Shown: one piece after another, positions 11,991 to 24,648 of the stretch
How the letters are laid out: every line of letters starts with the position of its first letter
Numbering within the stretch: the first letter of the stretch is position 1
Source: Epiperipatus broadwayi
Taxonomy: Eukaryota > Animalia > Onychophora
DNA length: 64,000 bases
Assembly (NCBI GenBank): GCA_028023455.1
Contig: JAQFVV010000010.1
Coordinates: 13,950,001-14,014,000, forward strand
Direction: 5' to 3'
Translations under genes and position numbers: made by a program
Notes under the pieces: model-generated
Database searches by the model: none
Told to the model about the DNA's origin: nothing
The model's input: only the letters and a program-made list of their open reading frames with translations

Positions 11991-14319
11991 GGTACTAATT
12001 ACATATAGGTTCTTCATAAGCTGTCAATTGCAGCCATGCTCCTGTGTACTCAGAGATATTTCAAATGATACCAGCTGGATAAGCATACACTGAGACAAAC
12101 TAAGACTCAACAAACAAGTTTATTCACTTGTTTACTTTATTCTTTAAAATTAGTAATATATACTGTCATATGGGAATATGCTATATCCACACACAGCAAT
12201 GATAATAACATAGTCTACATATCCAAAAGTTTCCACTATTAAATTTTCTGCACACAAATATTATAAACTTTAACATGACAGCTTTACATCCAATCTTCAC
12301 CATAAGCCATTAGTTTTGCTTATCAGTCCATTGGCAAGCCTATAAACAGTTCAGACTTAACTCATGTTTATTCTCTCTCATGCAGCTTCTGTCTACTATC
12401 AGTTCATTTGCATAATGATGGCTTATTAACATAATAACTTTATTACTGTTTAATATAATAGTTCTGTATGCTAATTTTTTAGAGTGAGGGGAAGGGTGGA
12501 CTGTTTGTATGCAACTACAAAATTTCTACAAACTTTATTTTCTATCTATATATGCATAGAGACAGTACATTAGTATATTAGATTTGACAACTTAACTATT
12601 AATAAAATATCATGAAAAATCTTGTAGAGATTCCAATCAGTATACAGATTCACTGTTCCATTTTATCATCATATCCATAGATTCATCAGTCATTAAATCT
12701 GTGGTTTATGTTGGGTTTGCACACATCTACATAGAGTAGTAGATATTAAATTTATTTAATAAATATATGAATGCAACTACCATGAATTGTTAAGAGTCTG
12801 TTGATGAGATTCTAGTTATGTCAAGGAATATCAAATCCAGATGGCTTTATTATTGGATCTGGAAAAAAAAAAAACTTATAAAAATGCATTTTTTACATCA
12901 TAATTCTTCACTTACAGATTCTTGGTTAAACATCCAAAAAGAGAATCTTGTTTTGAGATGAATCTTAGATGATGAAAATTTAACTTGAATTATTGACAAG
13001 TTTAATCTATTTAACATAGGTTTTTATATATTTTCTATGAATCAGCTTTTCTTTGATATCTGATGATATGAAAGAACAGGAAGTAGATTTGTAGGTGCCT
13101 CTTATGGTGAAAATTTTTCATCAAACAGGTACACAGAGCAGAAGATTATGCTAATGTTAAAGAAAAGAAGCTGTCTGTAAAATTCTTGCATCACAACCTC
13201 AAGTAGTGTTAGTCAGCATTTCATGGAGATTATTCATAAAAATTTAGATTTAATCTTATAAAATAATGAGAAAAATAATTTAGGTTACAATCTGTAGTTA
13301 TTTCTAAATAATATGTTGTAGAATTGTGTTTGTCCATATTCACAAAGTACTTAGATTATGAGATTTTTCTTGTAGCACAGAGGAATTGAGCATAGTGACT
13401 TCTTTGGATTAAAAATAAGACCTGTCTTTTAAAAAGATTTCTAGATCTTTTCATATCTTTATTGGGAGACTCGTCTATTTCAGGTAAGGATCTCCTTTGG
13501 GAAGACAAAACAATATCATTTGCATAAATAAAATCCCTGCATTCTGTTTATGGATAACCACACATGAATATATTAGTTTAAATTCATTTTTATTTATGTA
13601 TATAGATGACCTGGAATCTTTCATGAAATCTTCTATGACTTCCATTTTATAATTGTACAATTATTTGATAAATTTTTCTAGTAATAGTTATGTTGTGCAT
13701 TTTAAATTAATTTTTTATTTTATTGCTAAGAAATTAACACAAATATTCTTAAATTTTAACTTCTTTCTATATCAATTTTTTTTATTTATTTTCCTAATGA
13801 CATTATCTGTTATCCAATGAGATCTATGCTGATGTCTTCTATTTGAAACAACTTAAGAAATAGTATATTTTAGGACTTCAATTTATTTTCAAATGTATAC
13901 TGCAAAATATACTTAATCTCAACATTGGTTTACAAAAATATTACAAATTTGTTTTATAAGAAACACCACTTCTGTTATTTTTCTTAGTTGTGACTTTATT
14001 CCTGTGTTCAAAATAATTGAATGATTTATCATTTGGGAGTTCATATAAACTTTGAACACCAGAAATGATAGAATTAATCCACCATTGATTGACTTTAAGA
14101 TTGTACAATCTGACATTCCACCGATGCATTAGATCACATAGTACTTTAATCTCATTTTTAAAACAAAAAGATACTAATGATTAAACACTAGTGTTCCACT
14201 GAGCATGTACAGAAATATAAACCGTTTAGTATCACCACGAGTCTAATACATGATACAGAAAGCACTTGGCAAAATAGTATTATTGTTTAATATTTTTTGA
14301 ATATTTTCTACTCTAGTTG

Positions 14320-14605
14320 TCACACATGGTGTATCTGAACTTAGTTCAGTTCCATATGGCTATTTAAGTTAGATAGCTGGATTTAAAGCCATATGGAGGT
14401 CTGAAAAAATTTGAGATTATCTACTTAATAGATAATTATTACATAAATGCTGGGGCCTGGTATTTTAAATCTAATAGTTAAATGCTCTAGTGCCTCACTG
14501 ATGACAGCCAGAGCTAGAAACCAGTCAGGATAAGGATATTCAGAAAAGTTTGTTAAGAGGAATAATATTAGCATGCTCATTATATAATATTTTATACATG
14601 TACAA
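14320..14605 (+). mobile_element. Family B hammerhead element, partial copy
   Basis: Aligns to 53070-53375. Core at 14493-14530: CCTCA CTGATGA CAGC-CAGA-GCTA GAAAC CA GTC AGG. Confidence 0.8.
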
Positions 14606-14675
14606 TAATTTACATTATTTGATAGAGTCTTTGTGTTATTTATTTATTAAACAATCAATTATAAAAGTATTCAGT

Positions 14676-15390
14676 ATAGTATATACTTAAGTTTGATGTA
14701 ATTAGAGGGGATTTTAACCAGATTTTCAAGCTCCCTTCAGTCATCCACTCCATCTTATACTACAGATACAATTATTTCCAATGTAAGTATTTCATGCTGA
14801 AGGAGCACTCATCAGTTAGTCTGGATCATCATCTTCCACACACATATATATATAATCAGTGCTCAGTTAATATTAAGATAGCAAATCTTCAATCTTTAAT
14901 GGACAGGCTTCAATCTTCTCCCCCCTCCGATTCTTCAACCATTCATATCATTGAAATCTGATGTTGGCATGTTCAAAGTCCATATTGACTGTAAGTCACT
15001 TTAACCCCTCATATGTAGGATTTTATGACCATTTAAATACATAGAAGAAGGATGAGCAGAATATAGACCGAATCTGTGATATTTAAATACTAGTATATAT
15101 ACTTAAACTAGATGTAATTAGAAGGGGTTCGAACTCAGACTTTCAAACTCCCTTCAGTCATCCACTCCATCTTATACAATCAATACACATGACCACATAC
15201 ATGTGAAAAGAATAAATGATCTCCAATACACGTATTTCATGCTAAGCCAGCATTCATCAGTGTGTCTGGATCATCATCTCCCCCCCCCCCCACATATATA
15301 ATCAGTGCTTGGTTTATATTAAGATAGCAAATCTTCAAACTTTACGGACAGGCTTCAATCTTCTCCATTCTCCATCTAACTAGCCATCCA
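14676..15390 (-). mobile_element. Family G hammerhead element, partial tandem (core-to-core 445 nt)
   Basis: Direct repeats 14676-14925 and 15091-15365. Minus-strand cores at 14778-14819 (CTAA CTGATGA GTGCT-CCTTC-AGCAT GAAA TACTTACA TTGG) and 15223-15264 (CACA CTGATGA ATGCT-GGCTT-AGCAT GAAA TACGTG TA TTGG). Confidence 0.8.
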
Positions 15391-15922
15391 TATCTTTTGT
15401 GTGAATATTGTCAATAAAATGACTTTCATCCTACATATGCATTGTTTACTTTCTGTCTTTATAGAAACTTAACTGCATTCTAATATGAAATATTCTTTTT
15501 TTTTTTAAGAAAACAAAAACTTTTATTAAAAATTTAACGATAATTTGCATTACTTCATAGAATACATTTATTTAGATGAATAAGAAAATTATTAATTTAA
15601 GTTAATATTTTAACAAGATCTTTTTCCTTTTTTTTTTTAAAAAAAAATCGGCTCTCAAATAATCCTATAATAATGATTCTAATAATGATGTCTCAAGAAA
15701 TGTTTTTTTTTTAAAATTCACATTTGTTTTATCAGAAAAAAAAAAAAAATCAATCCTTTTCTAGAAATGATTCATTGTAAATATAGATTAAATTACCAAA
15801 CATCACATCATAAACATTTCTACTACTGTATGAAGAATTTTGCCTGTTTACATATAGATTGCTAAATGAAAGTTTATTATAGTAAAAATAAAGTATTCAA
15901 GTTTTTTTAATTAGCTCATAAT

Positions 15923-16241
15923 CAGGGCCGGATTTTCCTATAAGCTAACTAGGCTTCAGCCTAGGGCCTCAAGATCAAGAGGGACCTACATTCAAATTGT
16001 TAGCAAAATTAAAATGACACTATTCTAAAAACAGTGAACACTAAAACACTGAACCGAAAATAAGGAGAAATTCTACGCTTATGACTAATAAACAAATATA
16101 AAAATGTATTGGTTAAGATCTTAGCGTTCTGCTCATTGGGTCTGTTCTTTGGATATACTAGATTACAAACTTAAAAATGGGAGGTGAAAGGCCCTCATAA
16201 GTGGAATAGCCTAGGGCCTCTTTTCATTAAATCCGGCCCTG
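15923..16241. mobile_element. hAT MITE (CAGGGCCGG termini)
   Basis: TIR CAGGGCCGGATTT / AAATCCGGCCCTG; perfect TSD CTCATAAT (15915-15922, 16242-16249). Confidence 0.92.
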
Positions 16242-16274
16242 CTCATAATATACATATAACCATAATTACAAAGA

Positions 16275-16528
16275 AATCAAGTCATATGTCACATGACCTA
16301 ATTTAACAAGTTTGTATTACAAAAGTTATATATAGAGCTCGCAAATAAGCCCTTAACAAGCTTTTCAGAATATCCCCAATCCCAGAACTGATTTCTGCTA
16401 CTGGCTTTCTCAATGAGGTGCTAGGATATTCAAGCACCTCACTGAGGAAGCCAGTAGCAGAAACCGGTCTGGAATTGGAGAAATTCTGCAAAGCTTATTA
16501 AAAGCTTATTTGAGAACTCTATATATAA
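16275..16528. mobile_element. Family B head-to-head fold-back with a hammerhead core in each arm
   Basis: Arms 16326-16422 / 16433-16528 with a 10-nt loop. Plus core 16437-16472: CCTCA CTGAGGA AGC-CAGTA-GCA GAAAC CG GTC TGG. The minus core is mutated. Confidence 0.85.
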
Positions 16529-17477
16529 CATATAACTATATGTATTACAATGCATATAAGGTAAAGATAAAAGCAAATTTTTTATAACTCATTGCAGGAC
16601 AAAGGTGTGTCCAACATTTCCTCATAAAGGAATACAATGCTCACCAGACTTGCCAATTGTCAAGGTAGTGAGGTTCGAGCAGCTTCCTATCCTTGTTTTA
16701 ACCTTTAGCTGGATATTCATTCAGCAGCCAATATTGGAGCATTAAATGAATTGGCTATAGGCCAGAAATTTGAAAGAGAATTCTGTTTCTTGGAAAAAAC
16801 TTTACCCAGTCCACATTGTAAGCATCACAGGCAGATGTGTACTTGTGTATAATGAGGATCTTATGACATGAAGACTTGTTTGTCATACTCATTTAGTATG
16901 ACAAATTTATATTTTGTTTATTTTTTAATGTTTTAATTTGTATTTAAATGTCTTGTCTTTAACAATAATTTATTCTATTACTTCTATAAATATCTTTAGC
17001 TTTAATATGGACCATTTTAATATTTAATTCCTACAATCTCTTCATACATTTTATTTGATAAATTTTCTAATCATCTAGTTCCAATTTTACAAACATTATA
17101 TGTTGAATAAGGTTATGATAAGTTTAACGTACATTTTTGTTTATTGAAAATGTATTCACCATCTAATCCTTTTGCATATTTTGATACTCACCTCAAATAA
17201 TTAGTCCAACAATAACTAATCAAATATTTTTCTCTCAATTCTGTTCAATTCATAAACTGTATTTTTCCAAACTTTTATTCTCAATTGTATTTTTATATTG
17301 TATTTTTATCTAATATGAGTTGCTCACATGACAATGGTAAAAATCCCATAAGCCAACCTAGTGTGACTATACATAATGTATGGAAAACACTAATCAACTT
17401 TGCACTTAGGAAAAAGTGGAGAAATCAAAAGAAACATCATAGATAAGTATATGGAATTTCTATTAACTGTTGCCTTT

Positions 17478-17870
17478 GGAAGGATGGCTCAGTTGGTTAG
17501 AGCATTATCTTAAAATTCAATAATTAAAGATCCAAGTTCAAATCCCATGCTAGTACTGTCACTGGTTAGGCCAACAATACCTGAAGAAGAAGGGAGAGGG
17601 AATAATACATTTCGAAACGTACTAACCGGTTTGATGTGCTATTACTAACAGTTGAATATGTTGGGAATATTTAAATAAAGTTAAATTTTTCTAAAGACAT
17701 TCAATACGCATATTAGATAATGGAAATAGTCCAATATAAAAATACAACTAGAACACCATCATCACAAACCTTCAGGAAAACACATTTACTTTCAATATTT
17801 CTCATGGAAAAAGGACTGCCTGCATTCCATATAACAATACATAACTTATCAGTTGTAACTGAAGACCACC
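17478..17870 (+). mobile_element. tRNA-headed SINE-like repeat (family F)
   Basis: A box TGGCTCAGTTGG, B box GTTCAAATCC; body TTTTCTAAAGACATTCAATA..ATTAGAT.ATGGAAATAGTCCAATATA shared with 33686-33930. 3' end approximate. Confidence 0.7.
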
Positions 17871-18840
17871 CCCCGTCCTTTAATTTCAATTAATAAAACT
17901 ATTTTTACGTTTTTTTTTTTATAGTCACATTTAAAAGTTTACCAAACTTCAATATTATTCGTCTACGATTTCTCTTTATAGAAAACTCTCATGACGCAAA
18001 TGTTATTTATAATTATCTACATAATGGATATGCATACACTTTGAACTCGATATATTTTATTTTTCCGACAAAATAAAGTTTGTTTGCTTTTGACTAAAAA
18101 AAAAAAAAAAACGGAATAGCTTTACATTTCTAAAAATCGTAAAAAAAGGCAAACTTCTGAATTCATTTGATGTCTCAAAAATATAGGCGAATTTTTATAA
18201 TTTTTTAGATTAGGAAAACTTTTTATAGTATCTCAAAATGTTAAACTTTAACAGAGCTTGAAGAAAAAAAAAGAAAATCGAAGTTTAATTTTTGTCAAAA
18301 AAAGATTTCAAAATAATTTACAATAAAGTGATAAAATTAAATTGTAATAATTTTAAGTTACAAAACTGTATGAACGGAATAAAATCTTTTTTTCTGATCT
18401 TATGGAGGGGAGGGGGTATTTTATAAACTTATTATACTATTTAATTTTAATAAGAAACCAACGGAGAACTTTTCTCATACAGTGTTACAAATATTAATTA
18501 ATATTTAAATTATTATCATTATATATTATCCTTAAGAGTCATCCTTCCTCCCCTTCCAATATTTTATTGTACTTACTCTCTCTCCTCCTATATTATATTT
18601 AAAGGATGAATCAGCATCCCTTTTTAAAATAAATGTGTGGCATATTTAGGTAGTGGATAAAAAATAAAATATTTAAATATATATTTTAAAAATGAATTCT
18701 TTTTTTTTTCATTTGCAGGATAAAAAAAAACAATGATCAAAAATAACAGTATATAATCAATCAAACATTGGTATTATCTCAAAATATAATACGTAAAATT
18801 AGAATATAATAAAATTGTTGTAATATCATTTTATATCCTT

Positions 18841-19010
18841 AGATGGCGACACTATTTGAAAACTACGGTGGATATTCCTGTCATGTGACTTCCATCTTGG
18901 TGGGGTGGTGTACACTTCACGCGTTTTGGAAGGCTGAATCCACCTTTTCGCCCTGGTGTCATCCTTGTGAGGGCTACTTACGTAGTTTTTAAAATTCGAA
19001 CAGAATATAG
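18841..19010 (+). promoter_or_regulatory. Probable alpha-actinin promoter / 5' UTR region
   Basis: Local CpG/GC enrichment directly upstream of the ATG; YY1-like AGATGGCG (18841) and palindromic E-box/M-box GTCATGTGAC (18880-18889). Confidence 0.55.
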
Positions 19011-19115
19011 ATGATGGCTAACGAGTATTTGAACGCTGATGGGTATATGGAGCAAGAAGAAGAGTGGGAGAGGGAAGGACTTCTCGATCCTGCTTGGGAA
19101 AAGCAACAGCGAAAG
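19011..19115 (+). CDS. Actn: Alpha-actinin, first coding exon (35 aa)
   Basis: MMANEYLNADGYMEQEEEWEREGLLDPAWEKQQRK matches the conserved invertebrate alpha-actinin N-terminus (YMEQEEEWEREGLLDPAWEKQQ[KR]K). It is followed by a phase-0 donor AAG|GTTAGT at 19116. Confidence 0.95.
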
Positions 19116-22100
19116 GTTAGTGTTTTTTCTTGTGTCCGTGTAATATTTATTATTATGAAAATTATTTCGCCGAGAATATTTATGCTTATACAATTTGGAA
19201 AGGCAAACAGTTGATTTATTATGAGTTGATCTTATTTGAGAAAAAATAGAATAAAAAATGCTGAAACAAAGAGCTATTTTTATCTTCAAAAACGAGTTCA
19301 CCGGCAGCGCCGGTAAGCCTGAGAATATCGTAGTATATCTAGGAATGTGGAGCTGAAATAGGATAAGTTAAAAATATTATCTAGAATGAACGTTACCGTA
19401 TTGGGTGTAATTCAAACAGCTGGTCTTTCCGTGCGTAATTCACTAGGAATGATTTTTGTTAATGAATACTCTTAAAATTTAATCAAAATACCAGAGCTGT
19501 TGGGTGATCTTTTCAGACAAGTACCTTTAAATTCACGCAGACAAAACAAACTGATTTTTTAATATTATTTATTGATACCATGAGCCTTATGTAACGTTTG
19601 CATATATTTTGAATTAACTTGTAGCGCCAAGGTTTTTGGTTTTGATTATTAGTTCATTATCTATGTAATAATATCTGCGTAGTTAACTTTATATATAAAG
19701 GTAATTAACTAATACATACGCGTTATTTATAAGGATGTGACACGGATTCTTTATTGTTAATATAGTCTATCATTAGTCTAATTCGCATCTGTAATTACGA
19801 TTTTATTAAATTATTTAATAATGTAATCAACTTCTAATAAGATCACATTTTGACTTATTTATTTCTAGTCTTCATGTAACGAACCAGAATGTATGCAAAT
19901 CGCCATGACATATTGATTTCAGCTCGAACACAGGTGAAAGTAACTAGGCAATAGGGTATTTTGACCAAGCGATAATACTATCATTGCTAGAGATAGTTTA
20001 CCCGGTTATTAGCATAATTTATTCTGACATGTTGATATTTAGAACTGCAACGTAAACTTTAACATGCCCATTACTTTATTAATGTGTAAAATTACAGCAT
20101 TGATCAGAAATTATTCTTAAAATTTGCTTTTACTATTGAACACTTAAGAATGAAATTTATTTTCACAGGTCAAGTTGTACTGATTTCATGACATAACGTG
20201 GGTGCAATGATAACGTGTTATTGGATTTACTTTTTTAATTTCATTTACTATTAAATTTTATTGAATTAAACTATCAAGTTATTCCGTCCCCCTCACTTTG
20301 AATCTATCTCTACTTGTCCAATATATTCTTTTAGCGCTAAATTATTAGCATATATATTATGTTACCTACATGCCCAAAAATGGCAACGTCGCTTGCTAAG
20401 CGCAAGCCTTCAATAAATATCAGGAAGTAACCTTATTACTCCAACTCCAGTGTGCTTATTCCTCCACGTTTAATACTATAGATCTAGAAATAAACGTGGT
20501 TAAAGCAAAAGGTGAACTTGTAAATATATTAACATTTCAATTTTTTTCACGCTATTTGAGTGGAATTTCTTTTTAAAATTATTTTAATTTTGTATTCACT
20601 ACTCCTAAAGATTAAATGTCTGCTGATATCGAATTAAATAAAGGAAATACACACCTGTTATTTATTTTCCTTTCCTGCTATTACGCTAGCGAAAAATGTC
20701 CTACACTACAATCATTACGTGAAAATCTTTTCTTTAATTAAAAATAGTGACAATAGTGGTAGTGGGGGTGGACGAATCTGTGTTTATAAATCTTACAATT
20801 TCTTGAATTTTGAAGTATTTTTCAAAAAACAAAAAATATATATGATTTATTTCATTTTCTGATATTAATAAATAACTCCTCCCCCATTCTCATAATTTAT
20901 TATCGTTTTAAATTTGTGTCTGGAATTTTAAAAGTAAACATTTTTAATTAAATGCAAAATTAAAAAAAGTAAATAAACAGGAAAAATAATTTGATTCTTT
21001 TTATTTAAGTCTTATTTACCACCTGCCCTATCCCCCTTTAGTTTTTTTTTAAACTCTTATAATAAACCACATTATAAAGAGCCGCAAAATATATATATTA
21101 AAAACAAAAACTATCCTAGATATAAGTTGTGGTTCATTTACGTGTAGATTCAAAGGTTTGCAGAAAAGGAGGTTCTTTATTGTATATTTTAAATCAACAC
21201 AGATGGTTTTTTTTTTTTTAAACTAGTGAAAGTATTTTCTTTGATTTGGCTACAAGTTTAGAACTTATATAGAACTATAATAAATATATTAAAAAAAATT
21301 AATTCAGAATTTCAAATTTAAATTTCTAATGTAATTTGTTCACTAATAAATTAGATATCTGAAAAGTATACTCTGATATTTTTTAATAGGTTATAACTTT
21401 TACATTGAATGTAAACAATAGCCATAATACCTATAGGAATATCAGTATGCCATTTTCACATGTAATTAAAACTACTTCATTATACAATTGTACTTTGTTC
21501 TGCAAGAAGCATACCAACATTATTTTGGCCAATCAGGATTATCTTGGTACCATTATCTTCCTGCTAAAAATAGTTAGCACATATTTACTGACCAATAATT
21601 GGACTGGTTATGAATCAGTTATCTGAAAGAAAAAAATATGATTTTACCTATAATGGGTATGGTAGACACACCTGAGACCTATTTTTTTTCTGTATTAATA
21701 TTTATTTACTTAAAATCATTTCTTGCACAGATGAATCTATATGGTTAAATATTGCAAACCAACAAAGATGAATAGAAAAAGAAATCTGATACCAAATTGA
21801 CATTAATGGTGTTATTATGACTAAAGCATTTAAAGAGACACAGGTTATTATGGAAAAGAAAATTTTGCATTTATCATGATATTTTGGGAGAAGTGTTTAA
21901 AAAGATTTTTGAATCTGCAATGAACTATTAAAAATTGACTTGATGATATAAGTATAAACTAGCAAAACATTTGTGATAACATTACATTAAATCTCTAGTG
22001 CTTCATTGGACCTCTTTGATTTTTCTCTTTCTCTCTCTTTGTAATTACTGTAAGTAAAAATATATGTTTAATATTTTCAAATTAATTTTGTCAGTTTTTT

Positions 22101-24345
22101 TAAAAAAAATTAATGGATATTAAATAACATTTTTTTAGTATTTTGGGATTAGCGCTATCATGACATAATTGGCCAGCCATATTCTAACTTCGCGAATTAT
22201 TCCAGTACTTTAGGTTTTCATAATAATCACAACTATGATATTTTGCCGTTGGAAACTACAGAAATAAGTTATTAAAAAACCCCAGTATACTTATAAAACA
22301 ATTCAGAAATGTTGTGTCTTGGCTTTGGATCAATCTATAGTTTTTTAAAGTCATTTTTTCATATTAACTTTATTATCTATTCAGTATTAGGGAAATAGTA
22401 AAGGTAAAAAACAGATTTACACACATGTTCGTATACCTAAGTATATGCTTATGCCTACACATCTAATTGAAATTTCAATAATAATTATTTGGCTACCAGC
22501 GTTATAATTTTCATTAAGATAATAAACTTAATTAGATCATTATTTTAGTTATCAAAAACATTTAATGTAATTTGATTTGAAATCATGATATATTAATATC
22601 TGCTTATGAATATTATGATTATTGAAGAATTATGAAAAGTAAAGCTTTTATTTCTTTGGAATAGTTTTGCTACAAGCGGATGACATTTACAAATTTTAAT
22701 TATTTGTAAAATAAATAAATAAATTATAATTTTTTGAAATCAGTCATAAATAATCATAAGCATGCTTCTATTTTCTCTATGATCATTCAGGACAATATTT
22801 GCTTTTGTTTGGGTAAGACTAAAACATCATTTCATTATTATTGATTAGAATAAAAGAAAACCCTTTTATTTTTTTAAAAATATTTCAGTAATTATATAAA
22901 AAGCAAATTTTTGAAATACCAAATTTAATACAATTGATTTTATAAATTAAATTTTATACTCTTCTAAAAAAAATATTTTTTTTTGTTAAAATGCGAAATT
23001 ATAAAACATTGCAGTACAACAATAATTAATATTTAAAAGAAAAAATACTTAGTATATTATAAATGAAATGATAGTTAAAGTTTTGAAAGCGTAGTAAAAG
23101 TAGTAGTTCAGTTTATTTTATTCATCTTTATGGTTCCATCCCATAATATCAAAAGTGTAATATAATATGGCAGTATTTATTTTAAGTTAGTTTTTACAAG
23201 AAATGTCATGAATTATATTCAGTAGTAGTTTTTAAAATATATAATGTGTTGAAATGGTATTATATATCATTATACAATGATTCATTTTTGTTTTAACATT
23301 GAAATTTGATCAATTAAAGTATTTTTTTTTTGTTATATGATAGGCAGAATAATCTTTTTATTATAATTGATAGATATCTTCATATTTGAAGGCAGCGAAT
23401 AATCTAGAAAAACCATTTTAAATCATTATGATTGAGCAGTGCTAGTTGTTGATCATTAATTAGAGTAGTAAAAATAATTTATCTTCTTTAACGCAATATA
23501 TTAATGTAATGTAATATTAATGTAATGTAAACTGAATCACACATATATAATTATGATTTAATAAAATAATGTTGTAGAAGGATTGGACAAAATCCTAAGC
23601 ATGAAAATGGAAACACCAACTAACTTGTCATATTTTTTTATAGTGGATAACATGAAATTGATATCTGTTTCTTAAGCATATCAAAAAAATGTTTGATCCA
23701 TTACAATTTAAAAGAAGTCTAGTTGTTGGTATTCCTGATTAATTGGATTATCGGTATTTAATGGTTCAAATTTTCCAATCCTAAGAATAATGAGTGCTTT
23801 TATTAAAGATAGAGGAATGAAACTTGCTAGAATCATAGTTGAAAGTGAGCGTTTACAGAAAGAGATTAATGATGAACATTATGGATTGTATTCCCCCCCC
23901 CCTTCAAAAAAAATCTCAGTGAAATAAATTATATCAGAAGTCAACCCACATCAGAACACTCCAGCGTCTTCTTAAACAATCCATAATAATCTTTGTAAAT
24001 AAAACATTTATGACCAAATTGCCATTTCGGAATTGCTGATTTATGATATGAACACTAACACAGAAGCAGTGGCACCACAAGCAGAAATGGTGAAGGGTCA
24101 CTGTAACATAGTGAAAAATATAAATATGGAATCATTACTTATATTTTTTTAGCCATTGGAAAAGTGTATTTGGATATCTATTTCATAATATTTTGTTTTG
24201 ACTTTGAATGGATGCCACTTAGGTAATCTGAACATTTTAGTAGACTTGATTCACATATATGGCTTCCGAGATGATAATATTCTCAATTCATATAATGCAT
24301 GCAGTTTAATATTGATTTGTAGAATTTGAGATTGATGTTGTACAT

Positions 24346-24648
24346 AAACAGTGAGGATTGCCAATTCCTCTACAAGCTTTATGGTAAATGCTTAGCCAGA
24401 GCCAGCACTTAAAATATCTCTGTCAGGAACCCCTCCCCAAACCCCTGACACCTCTCTGAGGAGTGCCAAAGCACGAAACCATGGTCAGGGGTTTGGGGAG
24501 GGGTTCCTGACAGAGATATTTTAAGTGCTGGCTCTGGCTAAGCATTTACCATAAAGCTTGTAGAGGAATTGGCAATCCTCACTGTTTATAACTTACAAGC
24601 TTAAGAGATAGGGTCATGTGATCTATGAATTGATCTATGACTTTTATT
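24346..24648 (+). mobile_element. Family C hammerhead element: fold-back insertion with 14-bp TSD
   Basis: Perfect 106-bp arms (24344-24449 / 24484-24589), 34-nt loop, ~59-nt 3' extension; direct repeat TTGATGTTGTACAT at 24332-24345 and 24649-24662. Confidence 0.92.
24450..24492 (+). ncRNA. Canonical minimal type I hammerhead ribozyme, predicted cleavage after C24486
   Basis: ACCTCT CTGAGGA GTGC-CAAA-GCAC GAAA CCATGG TC AGGGGT. All core nucleotides are present, with G10.1-C11.1, a GUC triplet, 6-bp stem I and palindromic stem III ACCATGGT. Confidence 0.92.

Noticed and set aside
19116-19214. ORF-track extension of alpha-actinin (VSVFSCVRV...)
   Set aside because: Read-through past the GT donor at 19116; similarity to alpha-actinin stops at QQRK.
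23800-23930. Short open frame FIKDRGMKLARIIVESERLQKEINDEHYGLYS as a nested exon
   Set aside because: No recognisable homology, no convincing splice sites, and it ends in a poly-C/poly-A run.
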